Positions 19,501 through 28,372 of a DNA stretch of 39,283 nucleotides are shown piece by piece (position 1 is the stretch's first letter; each line of letters begins with the position of its first letter). The stretch lies in IMG/VR virus record IMGVR_UViG_3300019459_000018, positions 1-39,283 of that record; one strand, written 5' to 3'. This stretch comes from a virus. Taxonomy: Duplodnaviria; Caudoviricetes. The position numbers were made by a program, and so were the translations under genes. The notes below the pieces were generated by a model that searched no databases, was not told where the DNA came from, and saw nothing but the letters and a program-made list of their open reading frames with translations.

Positions 19501-22500
19501 CGATAGACAAATGAATCTTATTGAAGCTTTAGTTACTTCAATGGGTGCACGCGAGGCTATAAACTTATTAGAAAATGATATTGAGTTTAGAAAAAGATTT
19601 GCTGAGCAGCAACAACAAGAGCAGTCTAAAAATGTTTTTGAGCAAGCAGCAAATAAAATAAAAAATATATTTCAAAAATCTTTTGTAAAATCAATAAAAG
19701 AATTTGCAGCATTTGGCAAAACATGGAAGGCTATTGCTAAAGATTTTAATATTAATGTATTATTAGATTCTAAAAATGAAGCGGATGTTTTAGAATTTCA
19801 AAACTGGGTTGCTGAAACGGCAACTCGTTTTTTGCCTAGAAGTTTTTTTACAAGTGGAACTTTTGCGGGCGCTGGCACATCAGCTCCTTCAAGAAACTTT
19901 TATTATACATCTGTTGAGCAATTAAATGAATCAATAAAAAATTCTTCTTTTGCCAAAGAGGACTCAGATATTGAAGCTGCAGTAACAAAACAAAATTATA
20001 CCTCAGGGGTTGGGTCTAAAAGAAAAATTCAAGATAAATTTTTAAAAGGTCTTTGGGGTTCTGCTAAATTACAAGAGCAAAATAAATCTAAATTAGAAGG
20101 TTTAAAAAAAATATTTTTAGCTTTTGAGTCTATGATTAAGGAAGACCCAAATAATGCTAAATTTATTATAGCCATGCTAAGCAGCACTAGCCAGGGAATG
20201 GGGGGCTTTGTAAGAGTATCTGCTCCAATTAATTTTATAGCTAAAAATTTATTTGGAGTAATTGTTGAAGAGCATACTTTACCAGCTAGTTTGGTTGCAA
20301 AATATTTGTTTAACCAAGCCATGAATCAAACTGTTAATAAAGGATTCAATGGAATTAAAAATAATTATTTTCAGGGAGCTTTAGCAAAAATTGATGACAA
20401 TAAACTTGCTGGATTAGGACCTGATGGTAGACCTTATAATTATAAAGAAAGAACCCCACCGGGATGGACTTTATTAGACAATATATGGGCTAGGTATTTT
20501 AATAAAAATGTTAATAGTACATCAAACGGTATTGATCCTAATAATATTGTTTTAGCAAATAATAAAACTGTTGCAGAAGAATTTAATGTTGGTTTTGACG
20601 GATCAATTATACCTGATGTTAAAAAACTACAACAAGAAGCTATAGCTGAGCAAACAGAAGATCAAGTAGAAAACCTAATTGATAGAGCTATAGCTAAGTT
20701 AACAGAGCTAACTGGAACGGAAGGAACTTTGCAAACTAATATAGGGGCTGTGCCAATTAATATAATTATTGGAGGTTTAAGAGCAACTAAATTAGCTTAT
20801 CAAGGTGGAAAAGCTTTAGCTGATGCAATAGCTGATGGTTATAAAAAAGTTAAAGGCTACATGAGTGCTAAAGAGTGGTCTGATTTTGTAACACAATACA
20901 CCAGTGAAGTAAAAAACGAAAAAAATCCTTCACAAGTTAAATTAGCAATACTTTCTGAAAAAGGGGTTGCTCAAGTGCAAGAGCAAGCTAGAAAAACAAA
21001 TGAAGCTTTATTAAATAGCTTAGGCATAGAAACAGAAGGGTTAACAACAGAAGAAATTGTTGATAAAATAAATACGCTAAGAAAAGCAAAAGTAGCAGCA
21101 GCAAATAAAAAAGCACCAACTAAGAAGGCTAGAGTTTTTGATTTTGATGACACTCTAGCTAAAACTAAATCTAACGTGCTATACACGCTTCCAGATGGCA
21201 CTTCAGGAAGTTTAGATGCTACACAATTTGCAGAACAATATAGCGAGTTACAGGAAGCCGGAGCAACTTTTGATTATTCTGAGTTTAGCCAAGTAAAAGA
21301 TGGAAGTAAAGGGCCGTTAGCTGTTCTTGCCAAAAAATTTACCGAGGCTAAAGGGGATAGAGATGTTTTTGTTTTAACAGCTAGACCCGCTGATTCAGCT
21401 AAAGCTATACAAGAATTTTTAAGATCAACATTAGGAATAAGTATTCCTTTGCAAAATATTACAGGTTTGGCAAATGGAAAACCTAGTGCTAAAGCTTTTT
21501 GGATTGCGGAAAAGGTTTCTGAAGGTTATAATGATGTATTTTTTGCGGATGACGCTGCTGCTAATGTAAAAGCAGTTGCCTCTATGCTTGACAACTTAGG
21601 TGTTACTAAACGAGTGCAACAAGCTAAAGAAACTGATCAAAAAAGCCTTGAAGATGAAATGGATTCTATTATTAGAGGTAAGAAAAGATCTAAAATAGCT
21701 AAATTTTTAAGTAAAATTAATATTTACATTCCGCCTGGAGCGGATGATTTTGCTGGACTGCTTCAATATTTTCAAGCCAAAGGAAAGTTAGGAGAAGAAC
21801 AAATGCAATGGTTTCAAGATAATTTATTAATTCCTTTTTCTAAAGGCATTGCCGCATTTACTTCTGCTAAAGTTACATTAGCTAGTGATTTTAAAGAATT
21901 AAATAAAAGATTTAAAAATACAAAAACACTAGGTGTATCTTCTAAATTTAGAAAATTGCTTGATAAAAAAGTATTAGATGGATTATATACTAATGAACAA
22001 GCAGTTAGAGCTTACTTATATGATAAAGCAGGAGAAGATTTAGGTATAAATAAAGCGGATGCTCAAGATTTAATAAGTTTAGTTGAAGGTAATTCTGAAT
22101 TAAAAGCATATGCAGATGAACTTTCTAAAATAACAAAATTAGATACAGGCTATCCTCCTATTACCGAGCAATGGCTAGGTGGGAATATTGAGTCAGACAT
22201 GGCTACAGTTTCTAATAGAGCACAAAGAAAAGAATTTTTGCAAGAATTTATTAATAATAAAAATCAAATATTTTCTGAGCAAAACATGAAGCTAATAAAA
22301 CAGGTTTATGGAAATGACTTTACTGACGCTCTTAAAAACATTCTTGAAAGAATGGAAACTGGCCAAAATCGTAAAAAAGGTAAAGACAAGGAATTCAACG
22401 CAGCAATGAATTGGATTAACCAATCCGTAGGTGCGGTTATGTCTATTAACATGCGTTCCGCTTTGCTTCAACAAATGTCTATTGTTAATTACTTAAACTG

Positions 22501-23989
22501 GAATTTTAATAATCCTATTAAAATGGGATTAGCTATGGCTAATGTCCCTCAGTTTATGAAAGATTACATTAAGATATTAAACTCCGATTTTTTAAAAGAA
22601 AGAAGAGGAGGTATGGCAATTGAAGTTAATTTATCAGATATAGCAGACTCAACTCCAGGTAATTTATTCCAAAGGCTAAACAAAAAAGTTTTAGAATTAG
22701 GATTTAAGCCTACTCAATGGGGTGATAGTAATGCTATTGCATTTGGTGGAGCTTCGTGGTATAGAAATAGATATAATCAATTAATTAAAGAAGGTTTATC
22801 TGAATCTGAAGCGGATGCTCAAGCTATGTTAGAATTTCAAGAAGTTACAGAAACCTCTCAACAGTCATCAAGGGTTGATAAAGTCTCTAGACAACAAGCT
22901 TCAGATATAGGTAGACTTATATTAGCATTTGCTAATACACCATTACAGTATGCTCGTGAAACTAGAAAAGCAACTTCTGATTTAATAAATGGAAGAGGTG
23001 ATTGGAGAACAAATGCTTCAAAAATAATTTATTATGGAGTTGCCCAAAACTTAATATTTACCGCTTTACAGCAAGGTTTATTTTCTTTGTTAATTGGTGA
23101 TGATGATGATGACGAAGAAAAAAGAAACAAAAAATTAAATTATGCAGTAAACGGAGTTTTAGACGGCATACTTAGAGGTATGGGTTACGCAGGAGCGGTA
23201 GTATCCGCGCTTAAAAACTTAAGTATGGAGTACTACGATCAATATCAAAAAAGACAAGCTGGAGAAAGAGTATATGACGGTTCCTTAAAGCTTATACAAA
23301 AGGGTCTTTCAATTTCTCCTCCTATTAGCAAAAAAATAGGTGATATTGTAGAAGCCCAAAAGTTTGAAACATGGAGACAATATAAAAACGACCCGTTTTA
23401 TCAAGCTTTTGCTTACGCTAATTATGTTTCAGGAATAACTAATTTGCCGGTTGATCGTGTTTTTAAGAAAATAGAAAACTTAAAAGCCGCTTCACTGGAA
23501 AGTACTGAAACGTGGCAATCTTTGTTTTTGTCTTTAGGTTGGTCGCCTTATAATGTAGGTGTAGAATATCCTAAAAAAGTTGGAAAGAAAAAAATAATAA
23601 AAATTTCAAAACCAAAAGAACTTAAACAATATAAGCCTATTGGTGGTAGTAAAAGAAAAAAGAAATCTTTAACTGGTATAGGTTCTGGAATTCCTAAAGT
23701 TTTACCTAAAGGTGTTTTAGGTAGAGCTAATCGCGATGGCAGCATTGAAGTTGCTGAAGGATTATCTCCTACTAAAAAAAAGCAAGTAATTGCTCATGAA
23801 CAAAAGCATCAAGAGGATATGAAATCTGGAAAACTAGATTATAATAAAAAATTTATTTATTGGAATAATGAAAAGTATAAAAGAACAGCTGATAAAAAAA
23901 TAAATTATAAAGGAAAATTATATATTGAAGGTTCTCCGGCTTTACCTTGGGAAAAAGCTGCAAATAAAGCTGAAAAAAAAATTAATTAA
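16529..23989 (+). CDS. Giant multidomain (polyvalent) internal virion protein
   Basis: 2486 aa; hydrophobic Gly/Ala segment (about 17280-17470), coiled coils, HAD motifs DFDDT/LTAR/K/ADD, EEHTLP, TSQQSSR..GRLILAFANTPLQYAR ejection-protein-like region, C-terminal HEQKH. Confidence 0.7.
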   Translation: MFEYNGQQFTLAEVEEAAANKKMSLDQYINQFGIKKIDSQIVEKPQPAAEIAAPAVGQTPDTGLQPAVGLLESPRLNLGQDLKDGLSPEERLQKKREEYTQEDLNSIKFQFDKGPEYGKRFGEEAYNKYIETGKIDTNLLPKQNRLVDPTTGKRLGVSDVLGNVFKNMPEQRKVMWASTKNLLFEFAEAAAKQGALNQGLGAGANVLASDETKEFQQKLAAESDSLFDEEVKANYKTILNSYNEMAKNPTGAGILGSGSTGLAGSASMVDLVGGLGTSVTSVATSVIPTMAATAVGGPVAGVAVMANLMIPSMVTDYNIEKANTLYKDLDTEEERINKLIDEDKQELGIPIALGTIATSLEYIGYKGIAGSIAKNMSKKGMKDWAKAMYAISKNKKGVSNSTATIKESATEVAQLIPELTNQYAAQGLSFEEGAKKMFIDDGKGGLGEFWQQAPEIAIQAAFGTRIFQGASSGLVRTLKTVRNKFPGVQGVNENSFFTLGVLKQRKATEQNKDVIEGLDAAIAIEEQKIKQAVFNGNNIVKKLDNKEVNSVAKASARIEENQEKIEDLKAQKDLDIIDNAQYETAVAGLNASIEKDNALIDGIVENAVKKENIREDDLSFKTGYDAFLEATRAESEAKTSNKIALDEYIQKNKELKNKLDSGLITKSEFDNQKADNTQDYKNTKQKNDAIIDKVNKNVESISSSSIKLSVELQKAFDEGVADGSIKKDDNGKNIISNKVYQALEKTQEAFIKKISNSVFNSIPKDLLVANTTKQDYEQNVKTEFLELLRSYDGSVPLGAFMQTYLPKRAIGKRALQGISNQRFTNDLESSAVQGMISEEDSEIAPEIKNIETAQALNISDDLLSTIKNAAKKALATVSKKVDDIKFKSDVSKSFKDDLYKLIKDAKGLKNTKTNPGLTKAIEESPEAFYNSLSIESMRMARAKGGVNPFEQAGLLKRDSNGDLQKVKFSNDILSKFLNYYTDESLKPAARSDRQMNLIEALVTSMGAREAINLLENDIEFRKRFAEQQQQEQSKNVFEQAANKIKNIFQKSFVKSIKEFAAFGKTWKAIAKDFNINVLLDSKNEADVLEFQNWVAETATRFLPRSFFTSGTFAGAGTSAPSRNFYYTSVEQLNESIKNSSFAKEDSDIEAAVTKQNYTSGVGSKRKIQDKFLKGLWGSAKLQEQNKSKLEGLKKIFLAFESMIKEDPNNAKFIIAMLSSTSQGMGGFVRVSAPINFIAKNLFGVIVEEHTLPASLVAKYLFNQAMNQTVNKGFNGIKNNYFQGALAKIDDNKLAGLGPDGRPYNYKERTPPGWTLLDNIWARYFNKNVNSTSNGIDPNNIVLANNKTVAEEFNVGFDGSIIPDVKKLQQEAIAEQTEDQVENLIDRAIAKLTELTGTEGTLQTNIGAVPINIIIGGLRATKLAYQGGKALADAIADGYKKVKGYMSAKEWSDFVTQYTSEVKNEKNPSQVKLAILSEKGVAQVQEQARKTNEALLNSLGIETEGLTTEEIVDKINTLRKAKVAAANKKAPTKKARVFDFDDTLAKTKSNVLYTLPDGTSGSLDATQFAEQYSELQEAGATFDYSEFSQVKDGSKGPLAVLAKKFTEAKGDRDVFVLTARPADSAKAIQEFLRSTLGISIPLQNITGLANGKPSAKAFWIAEKVSEGYNDVFFADDAAANVKAVASMLDNLGVTKRVQQAKETDQKSLEDEMDSIIRGKKRSKIAKFLSKINIYIPPGADDFAGLLQYFQAKGKLGEEQMQWFQDNLLIPFSKGIAAFTSAKVTLASDFKELNKRFKNTKTLGVSSKFRKLLDKKVLDGLYTNEQAVRAYLYDKAGEDLGINKADAQDLISLVEGNSELKAYADELSKITKLDTGYPPITEQWLGGNIESDMATVSNRAQRKEFLQEFINNKNQIFSEQNMKLIKQVYGNDFTDALKNILERMETGQNRKKGKDKEFNAAMNWINQSVGAVMSINMRSALLQQMSIVNYLNWNFNNPIKMGLAMANVPQFMKDYIKILNSDFLKERRGGMAIEVNLSDIADSTPGNLFQRLNKKVLELGFKPTQWGDSNAIAFGGASWYRNRYNQLIKEGLSESEADAQAMLEFQEVTETSQQSSRVDKVSRQQASDIGRLILAFANTPLQYARETRKATSDLINGRGDWRTNASKIIYYGVAQNLIFTALQQGLFSLLIGDDDDDEEKRNKKLNYAVNGVLDGILRGMGYAGAVVSALKNLSMEYYDQYQKRQAGERVYDGSLKLIQKGLSISPPISKKIGDIVEAQKFETWRQYKNDPFYQAFAYANYVSGITNLPVDRVFKKIENLKAASLESTETWQSLFLSLGWSPYNVGVEYPKKVGKKKIIKISKPKELKQYKPIGGSKRKKKSLTGIGSGIPKVLPKGVLGRANRDGSIEVAEGLSPTKKKQVIAHEQKHQEDMKSGKLDYNKKFIYWNNEKYKRTADKKINYKGKLYIEGSPALPWEKAANKAEKKIN

Positions 23990-23991
23990 TT

Positions 23992-24579
23992 ATGGAAGAC
24001 GAAAGTTTAAAATTAAAAAAAGCCCGTGAAAAAATGAACGATGCTTTAGGTTTAAAAGAATCAAACTCTATTACTCCTGAGCCTAAGCTTAAAACAAAAA
24101 AACAAAAAAATAAAGCAAAAAAAAGAGTTGATAAAATTACCCGTAGAGTAGAAAGAAAATACGATGCTGGAGATCTTAGCACTACTGAAAATATGGCAGC
24201 TGCAAGAACAAAAGAGGGTAATTTAATTGATACAAGAAAACAAAAAAGAAAAGATTATCTTGTTGCTTTTGCTAATGAACTAGCTCCCGCAGAACAATCT
24301 GGGCAATATAAAGGAGAAGCTTTTGGTAAAGGGCCAAAACCCACGAGTGGCGAAGCAAGTATTGCAGGTGCTCAAGCTGCTGTTGATGATAAAAGAGCGG
24401 AAACAGCAAAAAATGAGCAGCAATATTCAGATATTTTTAAAGGATTACAAGATGTATCAAACGATAAATTACTTAATAATTTTTCTTATGATACAGGTGT
24501 TTCTGGTTTAAATAAAAATACAGACTCGAATCCTTCTTCTTTTATGAAAAAAGAATATTTTAAAAAGAGAGGATATTAA
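23992..24579 (+). CDS. Hypothetical protein (basic N-terminus), last gene of the + unit
   Basis: 195-aa ORF starting 2 nt after the giant gene and ending at the terminator. Confidence 0.6.
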   Translation: MEDESLKLKKAREKMNDALGLKESNSITPEPKLKTKKQKNKAKKRVDKITRRVERKYDAGDLSTTENMAAARTKEGNLIDTRKQKRKDYLVAFANELAPAEQSGQYKGEAFGKGPKPTSGEASIAGAQAAVDDKRAETAKNEQQYSDIFKGLQDVSNDKLLNNFSYDTGVSGLNKNTDSNPSSFMKKEYFKKRGY

Positions 24580-24581
24580 AT

Positions 24582-24624
24582 AAAAAAAGGGGTAACCATT
24601 TACGGCTACCCCTTTATTTTTTTT
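24582..24624. terminator. Bidirectional intrinsic terminator
   Basis: AAAAAAAGGGGTAACC-ATTTAC-GGCTACCCCTTTATTTTTTTT: GC stem flanked by A-run and T-run between convergent genes. Confidence 0.85.
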
Positions 24625-26365
24625 ACCCATCACAAGATATGCAACTAGGATCCATTGCTTTTGCGGCTATATCGCCTCGCAATACTGATTCTGTACGCAT
24701 ATAATATAATGTTTTTATACCTCTTTTCCAAGCTTCAAAATGTACCTGATTAATCCATCTAGGCTCTGCTTCTGAAGGGAAAGCTAAATTAAGTGATACC
24801 GACTGATCTATATAATCTTGCCGTATACCCGCTTGACCAACCAATTCTAATTGGTTTATTTCTTTAAATGTTTTAAATACATTTTTAACTGGCTCACCAT
24901 CTTCTTGAGTTAGTCGTCCGAGGTGGTCGTAAAACCATCCATCGAGTTCTTTAATTCCTTGAACGGATCCACCATCTTCCAAAATTTTATCCCAAATTTC
25001 TTTGGTATCGATACCAATCTTTTTAAATACTTTTTTAAGTTCATTGTTTTTGCGTATAAACGTTCCTTTAGCTGATTGCTCTGTAAATACATTAGCAGCC
25101 CAAGGCTCAATTCCAGGAGATATATTGCCACTAAGCTTACTATTAGAGACTGTAGGGGCCACAGACCGAAGATGAGTGTTACGCATACCAGTACCCACAC
25201 ACCAGAGAGGCTCCCCATATATTTCTGCAAGCTTTCTTGACGCTCTTTCAGATTCAATTTTAATTTTACTAAAAATTTCACGTGTTTTAAATTGTGCTAA
25301 TAATCCTTCAAAAGCAATTCCTTTTTGCTGCAACAAAGTATGCCAACCTAAAACACCTAAGCCAACTGCTCGGCCTTTTTCAGCACTACGTATAGCATTC
25401 TCAAAGCCTTTCATGTTTTTAGCTTTTTGTATAAACTCTTCCATCACTCCATCTAAAAACCAAATAGCATCGTAAATAAGATTAGTATTTTTCCATTCAT
25501 CATACTTTGCAAGGTTTACTGAAGACAAACAACAAACAAAACTATGCGATTCATCTGTATGCAATGTAATTTCACTGCATATGTTTGTCATATGTACTTT
25601 TAAGCTATTGCTTTTGTAAGCATCTGGATTAGCTTTGTTCGTATTGCCTTTAAAGAGGATATACGGCTCCCCAGTAGCTTTACGTTTTTGGAGTAGTTTT
25701 GACCACCTCGATCTTGCTTCTTGATCTCCGCCCTCGAGTCTTCGCATAAACTTATCGCCAACGACAGCACACTGATGTAGGTTAAGAGATTGCCTGTTGA
25801 CGTCACCTTTAGGTTCTCTGATTTCCAACCATTCATCAAAATCAGGGTGTTCGATATTGAGATTAACGGATGCAGCCCCTCTTCGTACTGATCCTTGATT
25901 GGTCGCGAGTATAGTTGAGTCATAGATTTTGCAAAAAGGGACAACTCCATCTGATGTTCCATTACCTGTAATTTTAGCTCCAGCGGGTCTTATCATATTA
26001 ATGCCAATACCTACACCCCCGCCGTGCTTTGCAAGCAGCATCATTTCTAAATTCTTTTGTCCAATATCATTTATACTATCTGCTACATCAATACCAAAGC
26101 AACTTATAGGTAAACCTCGGTCTGTGCCTGTATTAGACAACACTGGGGAAGCTAAACATAGCCACCCCTTCCATATATACTCAAAAAACTTTTCAGCCAG
26201 TTCTGGCTTATATAAACGCCTCGCTACTGAATTAGCTACTCTTTGATAGGCGTCTCTAGGTGATTCTCCTAAAAGCAAATATCCGCCTGTAATGGTTTTT
26301 TTATAAACCTCAGTGTCTCCCCAAGACGGATAGTCAACACCTTTTTTCCATTCTTTATTCCACAT
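24623..26365 (-). CDS. nrdA: Class I ribonucleotide reductase alpha subunit (no ATP-cone)
   Basis: ASPVLSN, PISCF, GGGVG, TNICSEI (catalytic N-x-C-x-E), APT, KTLYY, C-terminal CISC. Confidence 0.95.
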   Translation of the reverse strand: MWNKEWKKGVDYPSWGDTEVYKKTITGGYLLLGESPRDAYQRVANSVARRLYKPELAEKFFEYIWKGWLCLASPVLSNTGTDRGLPISCFGIDVADSINDIGQKNLEMMLLAKHGGGVGIGINMIRPAGAKITGNGTSDGVVPFCKIYDSTILATNQGSVRRGAASVNLNIEHPDFDEWLEIREPKGDVNRQSLNLHQCAVVGDKFMRRLEGGDQEARSRWSKLLQKRKATGEPYILFKGNTNKANPDAYKSNSLKVHMTNICSEITLHTDESHSFVCCLSSVNLAKYDEWKNTNLIYDAIWFLDGVMEEFIQKAKNMKGFENAIRSAEKGRAVGLGVLGWHTLLQQKGIAFEGLLAQFKTREIFSKIKIESERASRKLAEIYGEPLWCVGTGMRNTHLRSVAPTVSNSKLSGNISPGIEPWAANVFTEQSAKGTFIRKNNELKKVFKKIGIDTKEIWDKILEDGGSVQGIKELDGWFYDHLGRLTQEDGEPVKNVFKTFKEINQLELVGQAGIRQDYIDQSVSLNLAFPSEAEPRWINQVHFEAWKRGIKTLYYMRTESVLRGDIAAKAMDPSCISCDG

Positions 26366-26370
26366 CTAAT

Positions 26371-26517
26371 TTATTTTAGTTCTTTATCTTTCTTAAGCAT
26401 ATCTTTTTTATTAGTTCTAATATACTCAAGTATAGCTCCTGCTACTCTTACATCTGAATCAAACATATTGGTTAAATCAGATTCATATTCAAATAATTCT
26501 TGTAATGGTGTTTTCAT
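26371..26517 (-). CDS. Small hypothetical protein (48 aa, not in ORF track)
   Basis: MKTPLQELFEYESDLTNMFDSDVRVAGAILEYIRTNKKDMLKKDKELK; TAATG overlap with upstream gene; fills gap before nrdA. Confidence 0.6.
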   Translation of the reverse strand: MKTPLQELFEYESDLTNMFDSDVRVAGAILEYIRTNKKDMLKKDKELK

Positions 26518-26873
26518 TATGCACTATATAAATAAATTAAATATCCTATTGTAACATTTACATTAACCGCAACTAAGTTCCATTGTTTTAAAACAAAAAC
26601 CTGCGGAGTTAATAATAAGCCGGCTATTACATATGTTATTCCTCCAATTTTACCATAGCTTAATAAATGCGGAGACATCATCATGAAAGCTGTGCCCATA
26701 TACCCTAATCTAAAAGAAAGTCTTTCAATAGCAGTTAATCTTCTATCGTGTACTAATGCTCTTAAAAATCTTTGTTTAAAACGATATTCACATTTCTTAC
26801 AGGTGCGTTTACCATAACGAAACTTATTTGTATTTTTTTCTTTATGGCATTTGTTACATTTTCTCATTACCAA
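26517..26873 (-). CDS. Zn-finger (CxxC...CxxC) plus three-helix membrane protein
   Basis: CNKC...CKKC followed by three hydrophobic segments; overlaps nrdB stop (start may be ATG at 26867). Confidence 0.6.
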   Translation of the reverse strand: MVMRKCNKCHKEKNTNKFRYGKRTCKKCEYRFKQRFLRALVHDRRLTAIERLSFRLGYMGTAFMMMSPHLLSYGKIGGITYVIAGLLLTPQVFVLKQWNLVAVNVNVTIGYLIYLYSA

Positions 26874-27835
26874 ATATCTTCAAAATCTTCTCCTTCATTC
26901 GCTTTGGAATAGTCCGTGGGACGTACAGCAAAAAAGTCAGTATGAGTGTGACCACCAGTGAGATGGTAAAACCAATCGAGTTTGCTTGCTCCTTCGGCAT
27001 CATATTCAAAGTACTTCCTGATGTTTGTGTAACCAAGTTCATTGATTTTTTCATTAAGTCTTTTTCTAATAAATTGTTTGAGATCGTTGGCTTTAAGGTT
27101 TTCAATATCTCCTTGTTCGAACATTTTGTCAATATATCTTTCTTCTGCTTTAAGCATTGCTTCTGCTGCATCTATAACATCTTTTTTACAATCTTCTAAT
27201 AACTTAGGATCTTCTTGACACATATGCTTAAACAGCTGGCAACCCATCTTACTGTGTAATGATTCATCTCGCACAGACCATTTCATTTGTTGTCCAATAC
27301 CTTTTAAAAGATTTCTTAACTGGAAGCTATATAACACAGCAAAAGCAGAATATAAACTAACTCCTTCAGCAAAAGCACTAAAAATAGCCAACGATTTTGC
27401 AATACCAATTTTATCAGTTCCTTCATAGCTAACTAAATTATCAAAGCGTTCCATAGTAGCTTCGTCTTGTAAAAACGCTTCAAAGTTTTCTAATCCTAAT
27501 GTTTCATTTAAATAGCTATAAGCAACAGCGTGTATTGTTTCTTGCGAACCAAACATCATAGCCATTTGCTGTATTTCGTGCTTAGGAAACCAGCCTACTA
27601 CCTTTTGAGTCCAATAATCTGAAACGGCACATTCTGTTTGGGCAAAGCCTAATAAAATATTACCAACTAAGTTTTTTTCTGAATCAGTTAGTTTTTCGTT
27701 CCAATCCTTAACGTCACCTGACATTGGTATTTCGGTGTGCAACCAGAACGCTTGAGCTTGTTTAAGCCATCCCTCAGTATAGTACTCTGGATATTCAAAT
27801 GGTTTGTACGGTATTCTTTCATCAAATAATCCCAT
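26867..27835 (-). CDS. nrdB: Class I ribonucleotide reductase beta subunit
   Basis: Ferritin-like ligands QTE, ETIH, AEG, DESLH; Tyr in HAVAY; C-terminal DFF...DY. Confidence 0.95.
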   Translation of the reverse strand: MGLFDERIPYKPFEYPEYYTEGWLKQAQAFWLHTEIPMSGDVKDWNEKLTDSEKNLVGNILLGFAQTECAVSDYWTQKVVGWFPKHEIQQMAMMFGSQETIHAVAYSYLNETLGLENFEAFLQDEATMERFDNLVSYEGTDKIGIAKSLAIFSAFAEGVSLYSAFAVLYSFQLRNLLKGIGQQMKWSVRDESLHSKMGCQLFKHMCQEDPKLLEDCKKDVIDAAEAMLKAEERYIDKMFEQGDIENLKANDLKQFIRKRLNEKINELGYTNIRKYFEYDAEGASKLDWFYHLTGGHTHTDFFAVRPTDYSKANEGEDFEDIW

Positions 27836-28033
27836 TTATTTTTCTTCTTCTTTTTTAGTTAAACTTTCTTTTAATTTATCTAATGCTAATTGGTAATCTG
27901 GAAACTCTTTAATTAATTCCATAGTACCTATTGATAAATCTTTAAGATTAGTTAACTCTTGCACAACCCTATTCATAGCTGACCCTAAAGTATCTATTTT
28001 ATTAGACATTTCTATTAATCTACTTTCTTTCAT
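27836..28033 (-). CDS. Hypothetical coiled-coil protein (65 aa)
   Basis: ORF abuts the nrdB start; ATGA overlap with upstream ORF. Confidence 0.65.
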   Translation of the reverse strand: MKESRLIEMSNKIDTLGSAMNRVVQELTNLKDLSIGTMELIKEFPDYQLALDKLKESLTKKEEEK

Positions 28034-28179
28034 TCTAATATTTTTTTACTTAAAAAAACAGGTGAGCCGTCTTTTATATATGCAATTATATGTTTGTCTC
28101 GCTCTTCAATAATTATGTTATCACCTTTTTTAAATCTACTAGGATAATTTTTTAATAAATATTCTTCTATATTACTCAT
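28030..28179 (-). CDS. Small hypothetical protein (49 aa, not in ORF track)
   Basis: MSNIEEYLLKNYPSRFKKGDNIIIEERDKHIIAYIKDGSPVFLSKKILE; overlaps neighbours at both ends. Confidence 0.55.
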   Translation of the reverse strand: MSNIEEYLLKNYPSRFKKGDNIIIEERDKHIIAYIKDGSPVFLSKKILE

Positions 28180-28309
28180 AATATATTGTTATTATAAATT
28201 CAACAAATGGCAAATAAACTACATGCTCTACAAATTGCTGCTCCGGATAGCTTCTAGCTCCTATAAGCACCCCAGGATATAATCCTACTGCTAATTCCCA
28301 ACCTTTCAT
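28172..28309 (-). CDS. Small hypothetical protein (45 aa, not in ORF track)
   Basis: MKGWELAVGLYPGVLIGARSYPEQQFVEHVVYLPFVEFIITIYYE; tiles the operon. Confidence 0.6.
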   Translation of the reverse strand: MKGWELAVGLYPGVLIGARSYPEQQFVEHVVYLPFVEFIITIYYE

Positions 28310-28372
28310 TGCGTTTCATTTAAATAATAAAGAAGCATCTTCATATGAAAAGATACCCTTTCTTTATAGTGA

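Noticed and set aside
21133-21156. DFDD in the giant protein as the DxDxD catalytic motif of a crAss-type virion RNA polymerase
   Set aside because: Reads DFDDT (DxDxT) and is followed by HAD motifs II-IV; no DFDxD polymerase motif seen.
24910-27199. Alternative-frame and antisense ORFs overlapping nrdA/nrdB (also similar shadows in portal, giant protein, thyA, primase, ligase)
   Set aside because: Fully nested in well-supported genes, no motifs; expected shadow ORFs.
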